The notes beneath the pieces are model-generated. The model was not told the DNA's origin and ran no database searches. It was given only the letters and a program-made list of their open reading frames with translations. From the NCBI GenBank assembly GCA_039588935.1, contig JBDGYW010000001.1, positions 13,659 through 77,658 of the forward strand: a DNA stretch of 64,000 bases, read 5' to 3'. The DNA comes from Gemmatimonadota bacterium. Its GTDB lineage: Bacteria; Gemmatimonadota; Gemmatimonadetes; Gemmatimonadales; GWC2-71-9. The position numbers and the translations under genes are program-made. Shown in pieces: positions 61,316-64,000 of this stretch (the stretch's first letter is position 1; every line of letters begins with the position of its first letter).

Positions 61316-61496
61316 TCGCCAATTCGCACTCACAATCAAGCTGGGCAACGATGCGATGCGGACCCTGGAGGATGTTGCCGATGCGCTCGAAAGCGTTGCC
61401 AGAAGCCTCCGGGTCGGAACCTGCTACGGACAAACGCGCCCCATCCACGACATCAACGGCAATCGGGTCGGTGAGTGGAAGTGGCCGGAGAGGTAG
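61308..61496 (+). CDS. Hypothetical protein (62 aa)
   Basis: ORF track. Overlaps the previous gene end by 8 nt. Confidence 0.6.
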   Translation: MASRQFALTIKLGNDAMRTLEDVADALESVARSLRVGTCYGQTRPIHDINGNRVGEWKWPER

Positions 61497-61507
61497 GGTG
61501 ACATCCA

Positions 61508-61870
61508 ATGATCGAATATCCATACGGCGATGACGCCTGGGTCAAGTGCTCCTGCTGCGGAGCGCTGATCGAGAACGATCCCGACCACAACGTCTACCTG
61601 CACGAACCAGACGGCTCGCCCTACCCGAGCGATGACGGCTTTGGGATGTGCATCCCCTGCGGCGGCGATCCCAAGGCCGATCGCAGCGACACCTCCGAGG
61701 CGAATCTCAGAAAACGCCTCGGCTGGGGCATGCAGTGCTTCTACGACACGCGCATCGAGACGCTGGAGAAGAGTCTCAACGAGAAGAACGCTGCCAAGTT
61801 CAAGGCGATGCCCTATGGGGAGAAGGTCGCGTTCATCATGGCCGCGATCGAAGACGGGATCATGTTCTGA
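61508..61870 (+). CDS. Hypothetical protein (120 aa)
   Basis: ORF track. CSCCG...CIPCGG. Confidence 0.65.
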   Translation: MIEYPYGDDAWVKCSCCGALIENDPDHNVYLHEPDGSPYPSDDGFGMCIPCGGDPKADRSDTSEANLRKRLGWGMQCFYDTRIETLEKSLNEKNAAKFKAMPYGEKVAFIMAAIEDGIMF

Positions 61871-61880
61871 GGAGGATTCC

Positions 61881-62108
61881 ATGGCCGACGTCTACAAGCC
61901 CGAAGCGAGCTACGAATTCATGCGCGAGCTTGCCCTCGTTGCCAAAAACAACGGCGACGCCTACCGCGATGGAAAGAACGCGGAGCGCGCGGTAGAGGAG
62001 GCCTTCCGTGATTACCAGCATCGCAAACGCGAGCAGGAGCGGGAGGATCTTTCCCTCTGCAGGGATGCTCTCATTCGCGAACTGGCCGACTACTGGTCAG
62101 AGCACTAA
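61881..62108 (+). CDS. Hypothetical protein (75 aa)
   Basis: Tail of track ORF 61632..62108. ATG 61881 behind GAGGAGGATTCC. Confidence 0.65.
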   Translation: MADVYKPEASYEFMRELALVAKNNGDAYRDGKNAERAVEEAFRDYQHRKREQEREDLSLCRDALIRELADYWSEH

Positions 62109-62115
62109 CCGCGAC

Positions 62116-62128
62116 TTGCGAGTCGCAA
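62116..62128. promoter_or_regulatory. 13-bp dyad, perfect palindrome TTGCGAGTCGCAA
   Basis: Intergenic, 4 nt upstream of the GGAGGACGA RBS (62133-62141) of 62143. Confidence 0.75.
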
Positions 62129-62142
62129 TCAAGGAGGACGAG

Positions 62143-62421
62143 ATGGGATCGAAACCACGGGCCGCACCGGGCCTACCCGACAAAGTGCGCGAGAATCTGC
62201 CGACCTACGTGCAGCTGCTGCTTGACAACCTGGGCGAGGAGGATCTCGCCGAGGGGAATTTCGAGGCGGCCAACGATGAGGACGACGATGATGTCAGCTA
62301 TGGCTTCGCAGTCGGCTACATCAACTGCTGCGCGGACATCTGCGGCGTTGCCTTCAACGAGTTCGTCGAGCAGATCGCCGTCGAGGCTGAGTTAATCGAG
62401 AAGGGCGACGGCGATGGGTAG
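62143..62421 (+). CDS. Hypothetical acidic protein (92 aa)
   Basis: Tail of track ORF 62008..62421. ATG 62143 behind GGAGGACGA. Confidence 0.65.
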   Translation: MGSKPRAAPGLPDKVRENLPTYVQLLLDNLGEEDLAEGNFEAANDEDDDDVSYGFAVGYINCCADICGVAFNEFVEQIAVEAELIEKGDGDG

Positions 62422-62761
62422 GGGCGACTTCGACATCCCGGACGGTCTGTCGGATCGCGGACACAAAGCAGCCGAGCAGATCGTCGCGCTTGCCCGCAAT
62501 CACTTCGGGGCGGATTCGTCCGGCGGCGGATGCCGCGCGTTCTACACGCCGGCTGAGTGGCGCGAGCGGAGCGAGGAGTACGGACTGGAGAGCGAGCTTA
62601 TCGTCGTCCATGACGGCGGCGATCTCGCGCCGTTCTTCAACTACGACTATCTCGTCTACACGCTCATTGAGAAGATGGACGGCCGTCTTCGCGCCATCGA
62701 CTGCTACGCACAGAACTGCACTTGCTGGTACACGGCGATCTATAGGAGTAGCGATGCCTGA
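62414..62761 (+). CDS. Hypothetical protein (115 aa)
   Basis: ORF track. Overlaps the previous gene end by 8 nt. Confidence 0.65.
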   Translation: MGRGDFDIPDGLSDRGHKAAEQIVALARNHFGADSSGGGCRAFYTPAEWRERSEEYGLESELIVVHDGGDLAPFFNYDYLVYTLIEKMDGRLRAIDCYAQNCTCWYTAIYRSSDA

Positions 62762-62945
62762 TCTGAAGAAGTTGACCCAGGAGGAGTTCGACGCGCTGCT
62801 TGAGGAGATCGTGAGCGAAGAGGGCCACAACCTCCTGTCTGTCCCCGGCGTCTACGAGATTGTGGCGGAGCACTTCAACAACGAGGTGCTCCGAAAATGG
62901 GAGGACAGCCAGGAGGACGAGGAGGACGAGGATGGCGATTCCTGA
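62754..62945 (+). CDS. Hypothetical acidic protein (63 aa)
   Basis: Tail of track ORF 62490..62945. ATG 62754 behind TAGGAGTAGCG. Confidence 0.6.
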   Translation: MPDLKKLTQEEFDALLEEIVSEEGHNLLSVPGVYEIVAEHFNNEVLRKWEDSQEDEEDEDGDS

Positions 62946-63192
62946 ACACCACCGAACCAACTTCGGCACGCTACAGACGGCATTCGACTCGCGCGACGTC
63001 GTCCTGGTCGAGTGCACCTCCACAAAGACGGGGGAGCCGGTCTACATGCTCTGCATCGCCTATCGCGACGGTGATGATCGCTACGTGCTCCGTCCATTCG
63101 CAAAGCTGATGGAGGATCCGTTCGAGGAGGTGGATCCTCCGGGGCTCAATCAGCCGCGTGTTCCCGATCGCGCGCTCGGGGAATCGCCATGA
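62932..63192 (+). CDS. Hypothetical protein (86 aa)
   Basis: Tail of track ORF 62860..63192. ATG 62932. Confidence 0.6.
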   Translation: MAIPEHHRTNFGTLQTAFDSRDVVLVECTSTKTGEPVYMLCIAYRDGDDRYVLRPFAKLMEDPFEEVDPPGLNQPRVPDRALGESP

Positions 63193-63509
63193 AGTGCTCC
63201 GTCTGCGGCGGCGAGCTCCAGCTGCTCGGTCAACTCGGCCGCGTGAAGCATCTGCGCTGTCGCCAGTGCGGCGGCGAGTGCAGCTACGAGCCAGCGGACT
63301 ACTACTGCGAGGCGTGCGGAGAAGACAAGCAGGTTTTCCCGATCACCTTTCGCGGGCAGAATGGCGAGCTGAAGAAGCACTATGACCCGTTCGGCTGGAT
63401 CGAGGGCTGGTGCATCCACTGTGAACACACCGCATTGAAGCGCAAAGGCGCAAGCGAGGAGGAGGAATGTACGACTTCCAAGGACCGCAAGGGCGTCCCT
63501 GCGGCGTAG
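63189..63509 (+). CDS. Multi-zinc-ribbon protein (106 aa)
   Basis: ORF track. ATGA overlap. CSVCGG...CRQCGGEC...CEACG...CIHC. Confidence 0.65.
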   Translation: MKCSVCGGELQLLGQLGRVKHLRCRQCGGECSYEPADYYCEACGEDKQVFPITFRGQNGELKKHYDPFGWIEGWCIHCEHTALKRKGASEEEECTTSKDRKGVPAA

Positions 63510-64000
63510 AAGCGCGCGATCTGCGTCGCAATCTCACGATTCCGGTTGCGGCTGCCATCATCGCTTCCCGGTTTCGACCGCTATCCAAACCGGGAAAGAT
63601 GCCGGGATTTGCATGGGGAATCCCTGCATTTCAGTGTAAGCGAGGTGAGCAACTAGCGCAGGAACCGGGAACGGTGTGCCATGCCTGCTATGCGCGAATC
63701 GGATGGTACTGTGCGCGCAATGTCGCCAAGACCCAGTACGCTCGCATGGAGGGTCTCGCGCATCCCCGCTGGGCCGACGCGATGACTTACCTCATCAAGC
63801 ATTGCGTCGATGGCTGGTTTCGCTGGTTCGATAGCGGAGATCTGCAGTCCCTCGGGCACCTGGCGCAAGTCGTTCGCATCTGCGAGGACACGCCGAAGAT
63901 CCGACACTGGCTTCCCACCCACGAGCCGTACATGATTGGCGACTTCCTGGACCAGGGCGGCGAGTTCCCGCCGAACCTCTGCATCAGGATTTCTGCCGAC
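63468..64000 (+). CDS. GP88-family protein, N-terminal 177 aa (runs off the right edge)
   Basis: Absent from the ORF track because it has no stop in the window. ATG 63468 behind GAGGAGGAGGA. My translation contains ...IPAFQCKRGEQLAQEPGTVCHACYARIGWYCARNV...FRWFDSGDLQSLGHL...RHWLPTHEP, the pattern I associate with the phage gene-product-88 domain. Confidence 0.6.

Larger units (their letters stand above)
1..64000. mobile_element. Segment of a temperate phage / prophage genome (continues beyond both window edges)
   Basis: Integrase plus tRNA at the left edge. About 135 short, tightly packed, co-directional ORFs with stop/start overlaps. Phage hallmark families present: HNH, DUF5131 Gp37/Gp68, phage Dam MTase, G39P-like loader, GP88, fibre-like proteins. 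The same dispersed motifs occur from 545 to 62128, tying the window into one element. Confidence 0.85.

Overview
This is a GC-rich, almost fully coding 64-kb slice of a temperate phage or prophage genome. I saw no rRNA, CRISPR array, transposase or cellular housekeeping gene. Layout: (i) 1-1126 holds a partial tyrosine integrase (minus strand, runs off the left edge), a structured ~500-bp spacer with a promoter and terminator pair (candidate sRNA), a degenerate tRNA-like element and one canonical tRNA. (ii) 1.2-18.0 kb is a rightward early module of about 43 small ORFs, including an XRE regulator, tandem DnaA boxes, a G39P-like loader, HNH, DUF5131 (Gp37/Gp68) and a phage Dam-type MTase. (iii) 18.1-25.4 kb is a rightward fibre/adhesin module with three paralogous two-domain proteins and a LamG protein. 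(iv) 25.4-57.0 kb is one unbroken leftward array of about 67 ORFs. It contains small ORFans, a cluster of three HTH regulators and a nucleotidyltransferase/GT1/kinase-like island. It then runs into a virion-like module dominated by single-pass membrane proteins, with two small candidate capsid proteins, a fourth adhesin paralog and a 509-aa hyper-basic protein. (v) 57.0-57.9 kb is a non-coding control region packed with helically phased repeats. (vi) 57.9-64.0 kb is a second rightward module of small ORFs ending in a partial GP88-family gene. Most proteins are ORFans. By eye I could not find a terminase, portal, tape measure, HK97-type capsid or any Walker-A protein. The most unusual signals are at the DNA level: a 13-bp dyad in 39 copies, a second early-module intercistronic motif, an over-conserved RBS cassette AGGAGGACGA with a perfectly complementary candidate sRNA, and a phased CCCGGT array. 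All functional calls rest on motif recognition by eye, with no database search.
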